The position numbers and the translations under genes were made by a program. A stretch of 64,000 nt of DNA from Fimbriosthenelais zetlandica (taxonomy: Eukaryota), in NCBI GenBank assembly GCA_977030845.1, contig OZ365111.1, positions 14,012,001 to 14,076,000 of the forward strand, given 5' to 3'. Positions 19,900 through 33,818 of this stretch are shown here, piece by piece (within the stretch, counting starts at the first letter, position 1; each line of letters starts with the position of its first letter). Under the pieces are notes generated by a model. The model did no database searches and was not told the origin of the DNA. It saw only the letters and a program-made list of their open reading frames with translations.

Positions 19900-22450
19900 A
19901 GTTTGAGTATTTTTAACAGCGCAAAAGTTGTAAGCCATTGTACACGTAAAAGATGAAGTTGAAAGGGAAATGCTGAGAGACGTTTTAAAGACTTTGTCTG
20001 TCCATGTATTTGTAGGATAGCCATGGAAGCCAATATACATAAATGTGTGCTGCAGTTGCTTAATAAATGCATATTGAAGGCAACACTTCTGAGAGAGATC
20101 CCGTCTGGATCACTTCGGCTCAAATCCGATTCTGGTACATAATGAATGTCTTTTTAATGTTGTCAAAGCTTGACCCTGTGAGAATTGGACCTACCTTTTA
20201 CCATATTCATGACCGAACATTGATTATTCCTAGAAAGCGCTAGTGAAAGCAGTACCCTGGATTAAGGGGAAAAAAGGCCTTCACTTCTGGACAGCTTTGT
20301 TGAACAGACAGATCTATCCCACTGCCAACTTGCAACATTGGTATATATTCTGGCTCAACAATGTGGAGAATATTCTACCCAAAAAAAACTTCCTCAGATG
20401 AAAAATATTCATACTTCCCACAAACAGATGCTGATCTGATATGAAGTCTTGTCACAGCGTGTAAACAGCTATACCTTTTGTGTATTATATGAGTTTTCTG
20501 TTAAGTTTCGGTAGCCGACTTCTATTGATCTATTGCCATCCATATGGTTGTTCCCATCCACTCTCGCTCTACTTGATGGATCTTCCCAGCAGCGACATAT
20601 TTCATCCATCCTCTCGATTGGATGGATCAAATAGCGCTCAGGCTAACCTTTAGTTCCATGCTTTCCGCCCCCTGAGTGTCAGGAATAATTCTCCTAGCGA
20701 CACCCTGCTAGATTGTGTCCAGTCAAGTGCGTGGACCCTTGGGATATACACCTAATAGGACCTTAGCCAGGGACTGGATGTTAGGCGAATCCGGCTGGAA
20801 TCGCTACACCCTGGTCCTTTCTTAGCCTTGGAAGGCGCTCTACCAAACACGAAGCAAAGCTGAATGATACTTTTGTTCAACATGGATTTGTGTTGTCGTC
20901 CTCAGTTCTATGCGAAACTGATGACAGATTGAGTTTATTTGGGGGATAAAAATCAATACGAAGTTTGAGATTTTAAGTTGAGATCCAAAGAAAGTTTGGA
21001 GAGTTTGAATTGCTTTGATCACACCCGTTGTGAACCATTTTATTCATGTATACCAAAATCCATAGTAGTATATGGAAACAACCTATATATACCTTATTAG
21101 TAATCCCACAACCCTTCCTGCCTGGACAACAATGTACCATCCAACGCACAAGTTCCTAATCTTGGAAAAGATAGAATTTGAAGGATGATGATTGAACGGA
21201 ACTGGTTAAGAGCTGAACCACCTTCCTGAATATAACATTACTATACTAGAACCTATAGCCATTATTTGACTAGAAGTATACGGAATTGGTGAAAAGAATC
21301 AGGCTCATCACTTGGCAGTCAATAACGAATTCATTGACTGAACCTGCTTGTGATTGAAACAGACCCATCCCTCATTTCCATGTGGTGAAAAGTGATATAA
21401 AAAAATCCAGATGTAAAGTTGTCATTATATGTATAGGAGACACTGGAGCAGAGGTGTATACATGTGTGATAGCCATCCCGATGATTCCTCATTCGCTGAA
21501 CGACTCCCCGAAGACATCGCTCATACAGATGTATAGCTCCCCCGATGGTATCTCTGTGCTCGACCAGAGGAGAAATATTTGAGTGCTGGGCCCCCAGCAT
21601 TGCCTTCCTACATCAAACACGAGTCCCACCGGGGGGTGATGGCCAGCATCCTACACGAAAGTTGACAGAGCATAGGACAGAGAGAAGGCTTGCTCACGGC
21701 CGCGATGTGAGCATAAGATCATGGCCCAGAGATCGACTCAACAGAGGAAACGCCCACGCGGCGACACTGTCTTTTAGTCGTCGATGAATCTTTTAAGTAA
21801 GGTGAATCATGAGATATATGATATATATGGCCCCCACTGAAATTTTTCTTTACTCTCGTCTGACCTTTTGGGACTGCGGATGGGACTCCAATTTTCAACA
21901 ATCGTAGCCCAAGATGCCGGCACCGGTCTTGCACAACTGACTTTTTTTCTTGATAGGGCAAGATTTGTACAATTGAGACACTCACAGATGGTGAGAGTAC
22001 TGCGAGGATGTCTCGCAAATGGCGAGGGTCATGTGGCATAATCGGATCAGGGATCATTGTACAACAGTGATTTTCCCTATGGCTGAGCTGGTTGGTAAGG
22101 GAATGATCCCGAATATTCTTCTCAATATTTAGTTTGTCAAAGGAAGAAAGAAAAAGAGAATGGCTGATCAGAATCATCCTGGAGTAACACTTTGCTACTA
22201 TCTTTTTACTTTCTGCTGCCCCAGGGCTCTGCATGGCGATGTCTGGTATTACAGTATTTGATCCATAAATATCAGATCAGCTTCTTTCTTCTGAAGTCTC
22301 CTATAGAACGCGACACATATTTTTCTTTCAGCCTTTGCTGTAGATATATCTGGAATCTAATATCCCCCTCTGCTTGTTGGGAAAAGTTGTTTTTACAATG
22401 ACTTCCAAAGTTTCTCCCTGCGCTTGAGATTTTTTTCGACTCGCATAAAG
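19900..22450 (-). mobile_element. Possible L1/Tx1-type LINE 3' remnant, interrupted
   Basis: Degenerate motifs only: LFPTSRGGY*IPDI (22386-22345), resembling the post-RT LP..GG.g.PD motif, and KWFTTGVIKAIQTL near 21040. Many stops and frameshifts. Confidence 0.3.
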
Positions 22451-25400
22451 TTAATTCACCTCAGTTTGTTATGCTTTGACAGTTGTGCCAATGCGGGTGG
22501 GGAAAAAAGCCTAATCAGAAACATAGCTTCGGTTTATTAATGACCATTCTGTGGCTCAGGGATGATATCTAGCCTATACATACAGTATACAGCCTGGCAC
22601 TGTTGTATAGAGGACAATGTCTGGTTGCTAGTCCCATCACTTATCTCTCTGTTTGCCTTGGTGAAATGACTTCCCGTATACAAGCGGTCACTCTATAAGC
22701 AATCATCTGCCTCTGATCCTCCATATTCTCCCCGTGCAGAGATACTACGCTTCTGTTTTATGTGATTTTGTATTTATTCCATCCTTTTCATACCTGTTCT
22801 GTTATACTGTTATGTTATACTCAGAGGGTCATTTCACCAAGACAATTAATTTAATAAGAATGCACTGTTAATTATACTGACCAGTAAAATAAGACTATAC
22901 AGTACACGTATATCCTTGGTCATTTCCTTCGTTTAAGTTTCATGTGGAAAATGTTCAATTCAGAAATGTGAAGATGATCTTCAAATGGAATTCATGAGTA
23001 AATACCTTTTCCTTTATTGTAATATTTCTCCTTCATGCTCCTTTGGTCTGCTGCAGGGGTCCTTATTGAATCCTAACTCAGGATGAAACTGAGATCAGCC
23101 TGTGGCATAAATCCATGCCTTAGACGCATGCATGTGATAGTGTTTTGCAAGAAGTGTGCCACAGAATACAATATGATCTTTAAAAGCGAAAACTCTCATG
23201 AAAGCTTTCTTCTGGGATAGAAATGGCGAAATAGAAAAGATAGATGAAAGGTTGCCGTGAAGAAATAAGCCAATAAAGTTCACAAGAGGAGATGGAAGGA
23301 TGAAGGAGACATAGGAGGATGAGGAAAGAATCAGAAGAAAGAAGTGAACAGTAGAATAAAGAGGAGACGACATGCTGAAGAAGTCTTCGAGTGGGAGAAA
23401 ATACCGAATGGAGAAGAGGTGTCAGGGGAATGGGACTCGCCTGGGTACCATTTCTTCATTATTTTCCCCCCACTGAGTTCACATTGGATTTACAAACCAA
23501 GAAACGGGCTGTTCGCTATTGGAAAGTAGTATAGAACATCGGAATATAACAAAGACAGAGACGGGTGGCACACAAGAAATGAAAGCTTTGCCAGCCAGGG
23601 TTTGTACAGCGATTATATTTGCCCGTTTGGTTGCGGAGCTTGACATGGGAGCACGCGGTCAAACAGGAACCATAAAGCCAGCTGACCCTGGGCCGACACT
23701 CGCCCTTTAGTTTTGCCACTACAAAGCAACATACGTGACTGGAATATTCCACTCCTGGATCAGCCTTTATTCCGAGTCCGTCTGCCTTTTATTCGATGGG
23801 TAAACTTGTCATCATCAGCTTCACAAACAGTGGCTGGGCCAGGAGAGTTCCTCCATTAGTTTACCCAGTGTTAAAGCTTGATATCATCGTGCAGTCAGTC
23901 AGCAAGATCTGCTGATGTCTGGCGTGTGTGGAATAAATGTATGTTGACATGCCTCCCACTCTTCAGGTATATATACGGTTCATTCTGTTTTTGATCGTTT
24001 CCGATAAAAGGCAGCATTTCCAAATGCTTTCTGAATACAAGCAAAAACAGTAAAGCCATTGCTGTAAAAATGATACAGTTTTCAGTGACAGTGCCCAGAA
24101 AATATTTCTTTGATTCCTACTTGGAATGTAACATGTTAAAATCTTTTCCGTTTCTATTAAAATTTTGCTCTTGCATGATTTGCATTAGAAGAAAGGACGC
24201 ATTGGTATTTACCAGCGTGGGGTACTTCTTTTACTGTGCTGCAGTTGCCCTGTTGAAATTTCTTGTCATTGCTTAGTGCAGAAGTGATGTGTTTGTTAAA
24301 TCTCTGGGTGATAAGCGATGCGGGCTGTCTAGGCCTTGTCAAGGGATCTGCATAGGATGTTTTACCATCCATCGAAAAATGTGTGTATGAGCAACTTCAG
24401 TTGTGTCGTGTTTTTGTTTGAAAAATTCAGGAACGACAAAATGTTCTTCTGCCAATAAGAACTTTACTGAACTTTAATAAATTTGCGTGGCGAGAAGGAT
24501 TGACATCCCGGAAGCTTAAATAGTAAAATCGTACAAAACAGTGCTTGCCACATGTCAACCTTGTTATGTCAGTTGCTCTTCAGGGGCATCACTAGACTTA
24601 AGTCACTGTAATAAAGGAACATGGGTCTCATCATAGAAACGAGTAAGGAGCATCCCTAATGATCTATTTAATTAGTGTCACACCTAATTATCCCCACCTT
24701 ATACCGTTTCTAATTATCCCGGATGAAGTCTATTGGCCCATATGAGGAGGCAGAATTCACCGAATTCCAACCACCCCCGCGTGTTCTCACTTAATTGAGA
24801 TGCAGTTTCTCCATACAATGAACTGCATGGTACAAAGCTGAGCGATTTGCTTTAAGTTGGCCATATATATAGGAGGAATGTGTGCGTTTCTGTTCCTGAT
24901 GCGTCTAGAGCTGAACGCATGGCTAACGCAAGCATTTGGTCATTCACGTTTCCACAAGTTTTTCGACACCGAAATTGGAATGCCAGATGCACGTTGTTTT
25001 TTGACAACCATAGGCACGTACCAGATTACTTTAGTTTCAGAGTTTTCATGATCAGTGTTAATATAAACGGATGCATGTTGGACAAAACAGAAGTGTTTCA
25101 CTTGTGCTTGAGGCACATCTGATACGTCCCCGGTGAAACCAAGGAATCTCAGCCTAGCGATGAGCTATATACGAGCTCTTTACGTTCCATTGGCCAGCTT
25201 CAAGACTCCTCTTCCAAAGGATGCAGTGTCTTTTGGGTAGACACATAATAGCCTTTGTTAGCGGAGGCTTGGAGGGAGCAACGTTATGTAAAGCCTACCT
25301 CCCAAGGCAACAGAGCATCGATTAATGAATGGGGAAGCTCTATCATGATCTCCAGGAGGTATTCCATGCATTTATTACTTGTCGGATTCAAACAATGGCT

Positions 25401-28359
25401 TCTCAAATAGTTTTTAGTCAATTCCCTTCTAGGTTGTGTGACCAAGAATACTTCTATATTGCTAAAAACGATCTGTTTTTTGCTTCATCGCATTCCGACC
25501 GTGCTGGTACTATGGAGCAGATCCTGCAGGCGTATGCAAGATATGTTGATTGGCTCCCACAAATAAATTTGAAGACCTCGTATCTATACTGCATAATAAC
25601 ATATTGCCTGGATGTTAAACAAAATTAATGTTAAACTAATATTCACACATCTAAGTATCGAAACTAAGCCTAGCTGCATTGCATGAGGAACCGCGAGTTA
25701 TGCACTGCACATTCATTTTCGAGATCTGTGCTAGTTTTCTTCAAGGAGACCATGGACGACGAAGGAATATACACCCCACATTTCAGCAAAGAATTCCATT
25801 TCTGAACCGGAACATCACCAGGCCATATATTCCTGCGAGGACAGCTGTTCATGCAGTTCATGTTTCCTGTGTATGGGGGTGAGGCTCCGGGGAGATCCTG
25901 GTTCTGGGTGACTACATAAAGGACATTATAATGATTGGAGTTCTATATAACAGCCTCCAGGTTAACCTCAATATCGACTTGGGAAGGCTTCAATCCACAT
26001 TAGCATCACATCACCCACGGTGGAGTGATTCATTCTGGCCTGTCAGGCTGAGTGTTTGAGAAGAGCTCTCTCAATAATCATACTGTGTTCCACCTGTCAG
26101 TTTGTCAGTCATGCCCCTCTCCCAAGGATACCAAACAATCCATACCACGTTATCATATCATCATCACTGAGGGCAGTCATCAAAAGAATTTATCTCCTGT
26201 TTCTGAACTAAATGCACGCTGTTTCATTTTGAACTTATTAAAGTCTAACCTATTTTCTATAGTAATAACTTATCAAATATTTCCAAGCAACAGAATGATC
26301 TCATTTATATTAATAAAATCATGAAAAATACACTGATGTCAAGTGAACATTTGTTGTTGGATCATACAACATATATATACTATATCTTTACCTCGTGTTT
26401 CAATTCGTGTCTAGATTTTACATTGTCCTTTTCCACTGAGTAGTGGTGATTGGGTAATCAAAGGCCAGCCATGGATGTCTCCCATGGTTTTTGGCCAGAG
26501 ACATGTAAAATAACGATTGCTGCTATTCGAGAAATCACAATTCACAATTCACCCTAAAGTCAGATGCCAATGCAAAATTTTGCTGCAAATTTATTTGGGT
26601 TGTTACTTTTGTTGCCTACCCTAAGGAAGGCCCTAACATTAAACGAATACATGTAGTGTGAGTGATGCCCGTGGTGTGGTTTAGAGGAGAGCATAAGATG
26701 ACAGATTGATGAGGATCCAGCAGGATGTAATTGATTTATTTTGACATTTGTTGGCACAACCGTAAATGGCAATCACTCTCCTCGACAAATGATATTGGGC
26801 ATGAGGAAGTAGCCATGATGGGCTCTGGTCTACAGCCTATATGGCCTAGCCATGTTGAATAAGGGAAATTATAATATATTGGTATTATATATGCTAAATA
26901 ATGTAAATCTTTATAAATTCTCCATAATTTACACTGGTCTGAGTGCGTACTATATATAGAACATTTGGTATCTATTATAAGTATCTTTTTGAAAATGCAC
27001 ACTGAATATACATGTATAGAAGGTTTGGATGAACATTTAGTCACTTGAACAGAAAATGTTTAATTCCCTGCTGAACATTTCATGGGGTCATCATCGTTAA
27101 CAGCTGCCTTGCCATATGCCACAGTGGCACATCCCAAAACATATGATGTAACCCAGAACTGGAGCAGCAAATGAAAATTAATTTGAAGGTGGTGGAAACT
27201 GCCCAAGGACCTCTCCGGAGACCGAGGACGGTGAAACCAATGATTAAACTAAGCACTAATTGCCTTGCTACAATGTGACCATGCAGAATAGGTAATTAGG
27301 CCTACAATGCTGAACCCTGCATGCATGGTGTGTCTTTTAAACCTCGATAGAATTTTGTGCTACCCTGCTATGATACACCCATCTATGATTTGGATTATTG
27401 CCATAAATAAATGATTTTGTTGTAGTAATTTTATATTAATGTTCAAATTCATGATAGTGGAAAAAATAATCTTTTCTTCTATATCTTTTCCTGTATAATT
27501 ATATCATCATTTATACAGTTGCTTTTTGCATAGGCTTAATACAATTCATCACGGTTATTTGCCTGGATCTAATGTCTATAGTGCCTATTTCAGCATGATA
27601 AGAGTTAATTGGAGCGGCTCTGGTTAACATAATCTGCTCCGCTATACTCACTTGTCTCCACTGTTGACCACAGTCCAGGGCAGTCCTGGTCAGTGGCACT
27701 TGACAAGGATCAATGACATGTGATTCCAGACGTCAGCCTCTGGTCAATAGGTGGTCATTATAGACCACTAGCTTCTCACTAGAATGTAAGAACCCCATCT
27801 TGTGCCCTACATCACCCTCTCTATAACTCTCAGCCATGCATTTCCCCCTTCTCGACCTGCATGTCGCTTCCTCTCGACCTCATTCTCGTCACTCCGTTTC
27901 GTTTGCTCCCTCAATCTGGGTTGGTTATTGATTTGGGAAACTTGATATCGTGCTAAATAGGCTTTAGTTTGGAATAGCGCTAAATAATGCTATTTTATAT
28001 AATATGAAATTTTCATTACAGTTTGAAATGTTCTTAATCATTCCTTCGAAATTATAAAGCTCAATGAAATTGTACATTCGTTATTCTCTTATCGAAAATG
28101 TCGAATTAAGTGTCCTAAACAACTTGCACGTACTCATTTATAGGTCCTGAATCGACTTGGTCTTCGCAGTGTTGGCAAAATCTACTCCTTACAAGTCGTT
28201 TGGTGCACCAGAACCAGAAGTAAGTATAGCTAAGATTTCCTGTCTTCCATTACATCAAGTCTATTGTCAATCATAATATTTAGCCTTGTGAATTCCGGAC
28301 ATCGAATGAACTTTCCTGTTCCTTGGGAGAGGACAGACAAAGGAAACAAATACCATCGG

Positions 28360-31300
28360 CAAGTTGTTTGTTTCCTGTTAGCAGAGGCCAATCAAAAGAA
28401 GCCATGAAGTAGGGAGTACACATGTTTTCTAAGCCTCATGGACAAACCCCTGCTGATAAGAGTAGCACATGTAAATGGCTGGGTGGTAAATTGGAGCCGG
28501 CAGTCCACCCGGATTGCCCCTTGTAGGCCTGACACCAATTGTTACCACTCGTTACCGAAAGGAGGCGTCGCAATAAAGCTTCCGGCAAGCAGCCAATGAA
28601 ACGAGGAGGGATATGAAGGAGGGCTCTACTTTCTTTTGGCACCACTTCCCTGGTTAATGACCCAATCGATGGTGGAGGGTCTGAAGCAGAAAGGAACGTG
28701 GACGCAGGAGAATCACTACTTATTGTTGTAGCTCACGTCAGGAAAGCTGTATGAAAATGATGGATGTGTGCCACCTGAGTTGCGATAGTTTCACTGGAAT
28801 AAGCCTGCATATCTCAAGGCAGTCTTTCTGACATTTTTCAGCAATGGTAAGGTACATGTGCATGCTTCCACGGAGTTCTTCTTTCACTTGCGACTCTTTC
28901 ATGGTTCTTTGGCTTGCTAGAAAATTGTGTTATATAATAGTGAGTTACTAAGTCGCTTCTTGCAACTAACGGCCTTATGATTTATGCCACGGAATTTGCA
29001 GCACTAATTTGCAGCACAGTTGACTGTAAGTGCTTCCAGTGAATAAGATCCAACGGACCTCTACCAGGGGGTTAACTTGGTTTGCATTAATACAGAGAAA
29101 TGTGACTGAATCAGCTTAATCTTATCATTTGCCAAATAATAGTTCTATCTGGCAGCCCAAGCCTTGTAAACATCCCATAGTCGGTTCTTTTTTCCCCCAT
29201 TTTCCTCCACTTGGAACCCACAGGGGATCAACATCATATAGCCGCATTGGAATTTGTTGATGGTGAATAGGACATGCCTGTTGCTATAGTTCCCATGGCT
29301 ACAGAAATCACCAGGGAAACACAGCAGCATGGATTCCCATGTGGTGTAGAAGCCAGCCAATGGGGATCAATACCAGACGCAGATTTATGACACTTCCGGT
29401 GCTCACCAGTCGCGCCACTGATCCCATCTGATTGGCTGAGTAGCGTTGCCCCAAGGAACGGGATTTGGCGTGATCTCACGATCGAGAAAGACGGACGACC
29501 AATGGAGGATATATGGACGTTAGGAATGACACCACTCGCCGGAAAGGCCCATTTTTGAAGTCCCTCAGGGCATTGGGTTACCAGCGGCAAGGTGGGCTTT
29601 ACAGGCTGGTAATGTCAATTAATCAGTCTATGAAAGCCACCTCAGCCAGGCATGGCCTTTAAGATCGCTGATGCTTTGTGTTCACCCAACAGGAATCAAG
29701 AACCTTCGCCAGCACAGTGATGATGTCACATGTCAGGCTCCATTCATTTTATGCAGAAGTCTTTCTCACTTGATATGCCATACTTCATATAGGCATTTAT
29801 ATGGCTATATGGTTCTCTCTGTCTCTATCCCCCCCCCCCCCCCCACTCTCTCTCTCAACTCTTCCAAGAGCAAACTTATTTGGATTTTACTTTTGTATTG
29901 TTCTAAAAGATACACTTTTAAATGTTCATTTCGAAGATTTATTTCGCTTTAAAGAGTGAAAAAGTAATTTTGAAGCGATGTGCATTTGCAACGCACTCCT
30001 TTCAACCGTCCTTCTGGTGCATCATGATTTTTACCTCCACATATTTCATAAAGAAAAATCGACAATAAAAACTTGGGATACAGGAGCTGGGAACACGACA
30101 CATGATATAGACCACCGGGCAATCAGATAAGAGGACTGGGGGAGCGTTTGGCCATCTCCTCAAGCTAGTGAACGAGAGGCAGGGCAAAGCCACTAGAAGG
30201 TGGAGTAGTACAGCCTGGGCGGACATGATAAATGTGTGTTTACGACCTGTTGGTCGCTTTGTCTATAGGCTCTTACATACAAGGCCCCGGGCTTTGATTC
30301 CCATACTGAATATCATTTTAGCTAATGAGTGGATGTCATAGATGATCATGATCTATACATATTCAGGTCACTGCTACCATGGTAACATAGCACTGGGGTC
30401 GTGTCTATGTCGTTTAGCTATTCCAGGCCTGTACATAATATATATGACAGCAATATTCAGGAATGAAGGAGGATTTCGAAGGTGAATTCCATGCATAGAA
30501 ATGAAGCGACTGTATCTTCCTGACGAAAACAAATATGTGGAGAGGCAGATGTTTCATTGTAAATAGGCTTCCACTGTTGTAATCAAATAATGATCACAAT
30601 TGATTGTCACAGTGCATGGGCCTCACAGTGACAGCACAGTAGCATTGCAGTGACATCATACTCATAGTAACATCCCGAAAAAACGATTAACATTCTCTCT
30701 GCATCCTATACATGTGGTCTTCTCCTCTCGATCCTCCACCCGCCCACCATATGCTCATCCATCTTGTAGAAACTACACTCGACCGCATTTGTGATGATGG
30801 CCCTTTTCTCTTGGCAATAGATTCCCTCCATCTGGCATACCTTTCAATAGATTTTTCTCGCCTATCTCTTATGGATTGCTGCTTGGGATGTCCAAATGAC
30901 ATCGAGGCTGCGGAATTTATTGCCTCTGGGACAGGGTTTTTGTGTACCTATTGGCACATGAGTGCTAGGAGATATGCAGCTATTGCAGCTTAGCAGCGAT
31001 TTACCAGCTATGTAAAGGATTTCCCATGTATGTAGTCTTTCAATCTACATCAACTGGAACCTGATATTCAGCCTGAATATATATATCCATTATAAAACCT
31101 TGATGTGGTGGCCCTACAGACTTTTAATCATTCGACCGTCTCATATGGCTCTAGAAGCCAAGAAAATCGACTTTCTATATTCAGTGACACTGTGGCTCGT
31201 ATGTTATGTCCTTTTCAATAACTGGAAACATGCGGAAGGTGAGATGGATTCTGATGGTGGCGTCGACAGTGGCAATGATGACGGTGCCCCGTACATGGCA

Positions 31301-32720
31301 TTAGGAGAAGACCATATGCCAAAGGTTGAGTATCATGGTTGTTATCCTTGATGCTATACTTGTGATGGAGAGAGAGAGATAAGATCTGAGATACCTTGGT
31401 TACGTTCTGGACAATATAATGATGTTGACTGAATATCCAGCTTGCACTGTGATTGCTATCGCATTACTGTAATTACAGCATGGTCAAAATACCTTTGGCA
31501 ACCTACGGTAAATCCATGGGGACATTTTTATTGAACTCTTACCATGGTCTACCAAATCCATCAGAAATGTGGTCGCACAGTAGTATCGTTGCTTACTCAA
31601 GTCATTTTTCCCTAGAAATTTGGTTGCCCAATTTCTAAAGAGTGGTTGCCCAGATGTGATATTACTACAAACTTTTGTATATGGGTTGCACTTTGCATTA
31701 AAACACCCAGTCAGTCCCTGGCCTTCAGGACGAAGTCCCCCCATTTGCTTCCCCGGGTGTGTTCCCCATTATTTCAGGCACACACCACGTATATATGGAT
31801 TCTCTGACTAAACCCTCTGCATGTTTCCACCTTCTGTGCTCTGCTGTAGTTAGTCATGAATTTATGGCCATAAAATTAAAGGAATATGAGCTGTCCGTGC
31901 AGACAGGGCTAAAAGGAACACAGAGTAAGATGAATATAGCACTTTAACCATGAAAGCATCCATCAGAGAAGACATTTGCCAACTCATACATGCTGATTTC
32001 ACCGTGGAACATTAACCTCCTCCGCACGCTATAGGCAAGTCTCTGCTGTATATCCATCCATCACCTCCCCACACGTGACAGACTCATTACCAACTGCTAT
32101 AAGGGACATATTTGCACGGAGGACTTGTTGACAATAAATTACTCAACAGCCGGCTTCTACCTATGAATTATTTTTTGACCACATGTATTTCATTGCCTGT
32201 TCCCCCAACATATACAGGGTTGCTGTGAAGATGACCCAAGTCGCCAACATGGCGTACATTGCCATTCATTCATCTTTGTTCCAACATATAGCGTTTTCTA
32301 ATATTTTTCAATTCCATTGTGAATGGGAAAATAAGCCTATAAATTTGTTGCGGTCTTCTTAATCAGAAGTTGCTATAGGTCGCAAATGCCTTATTCTCAA
32401 CCGATGGTCCATGCCATGATTCTTCTGCCCCTTGCCGTCTCCAAGGTCATACATCGTTCTTCTCTTGCACAGTTTTTTTGTGGAGGCACGATGCAAAGAG
32501 CCGAGTAGTTGATGCAAAGAAAAGAACTTGGCTTGTCATAAAAGTAAATAACGGAAGTTCCCCGCTTCGAAATATTCATATCGAGGGGCCCTACTATCGC
32601 GTTCTTTGTCTCATGCTTGCCTCCAGGAGAAAATGATGTATATGATTTTTGCATATCATTCTTTTTCATATCCTGTTTGCCTTTGCTGTACTTGCGTTGA
32701 AGGGACGCGGTAAAAGCTGG
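28360..32720 (-). pseudogene. Chain of exon-like segments, decayed or unannotated gene, product unidentified
   Basis: Splice-site-bounded segments 31803-31543 (catg|gtaaga), 30925-30712, 30214-30035 (ggag|gtaaaa) and 29596-about 29150. Phases are partly compatible, but stops or frameshifts are needed in most joins. Confidence 0.35.
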
Positions 32721-33676
32721 ATGGAGGCCCAGGACTATGAGGCTAAAAACTTCTTTTCCTTTCTGATTACATAGACTAAGGCAGTGGGAAGCTGTCCTTT
32801 AATACTAGGATGAAAGCCAGTCTTTAGTGTGGTCTCTCTTCCAAACCATTGCTTTGAGTGGAAAGAGACAGAGACTGCTTTTTGATGAAGCATAGTGATT
32901 GATACCTTCAAAGCTATTCATTACTTTGCCATGCAGGAAAGAACACTAAACCTGTAGTGCATTATTAGTATATTAGGAAGTCCTTTGATTTGAAATATTG
33001 GTCATAATTTGAAAACTTTGATTTGGCAACGCTTATCACACATTATGTCACTTACAACTCATTGTCATTATTGCTAATATTCAAAGACAGCTTAAAAATA
33101 CAAAACGTCGAGGTTCGTCAGCAGAATGGGAGCTTTATTCAGAATTGCACATATATGCCCACTGACTATAATATACTCCTTACTCTCAATGTCATCTTTC
33201 ACTTGATATATTTTAGACGATATATTTCTGATATCTTATTTAGCGTGATGGTAGAGGAAAATAATTTCTAGAGTTCAAAGTGTAGAATTGTGTCCATGTG
33301 TCATCCTGTTCTCTAATATGTTAATTCATGCCATTGTATGGACAACTTTGGATGTACAATATAATAATCGATATTCACTGGATTTATCCTTACCCACATG
33401 TTACACCGTCACATACAAAATATCATGAGTATTTTATTCAATTTACATCAAAGGACAATTGATCAGTATCTATATACACCAGTAATAAGTGAAGGAAATT
33501 TATGAACACAGACTGTCTGTAATAATCATTTTGTTAAGACAATTGCTCTTTTTAACAGGCAGATTGGCGATGAGTGCTTTGAATAGAAGCATTCATTAGC
33601 AAATTTACTGACTTATTTATGACTTATTATCAAAGACCATATATATCTCCCCGGTTATAATTAATTTTTAAATGCA

Positions 33677-33682
33677 TTTATT
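33677..33682 (-). terminator. AATAAA downstream of the RASL10-like gene
   Basis: Plus tttatt about 137 nt past the stop. A second copy lies near 33433-33438. Confidence 0.4.
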
Positions 33683-33818
33683 TAATTCAACTGTACCGGT
33701 CAAGAGAGTTCACAAAATTAGCAGTCATGTAGGATATAGCCATTTTTCTCGCTAGACATACTTTACAGGAGAGGTTTCCATAATTTAACATAGATTTGTT
33801 GGACTAATTGTTATCATG

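Noticed and set aside
30270-30310. ggccccgggctttgattccc, resembling a tRNA-SINE head
   Set aside because: Too degenerate, with no recognisable body, tail or TSD.
32540-32600. IHIEGPY, resembling the NADPH oxidase/ferric reductase IDGPYG motif
   Set aside because: Isolated short match with no flanking FAD/NAD-binding motifs, and the opposite strand reads at least as well.
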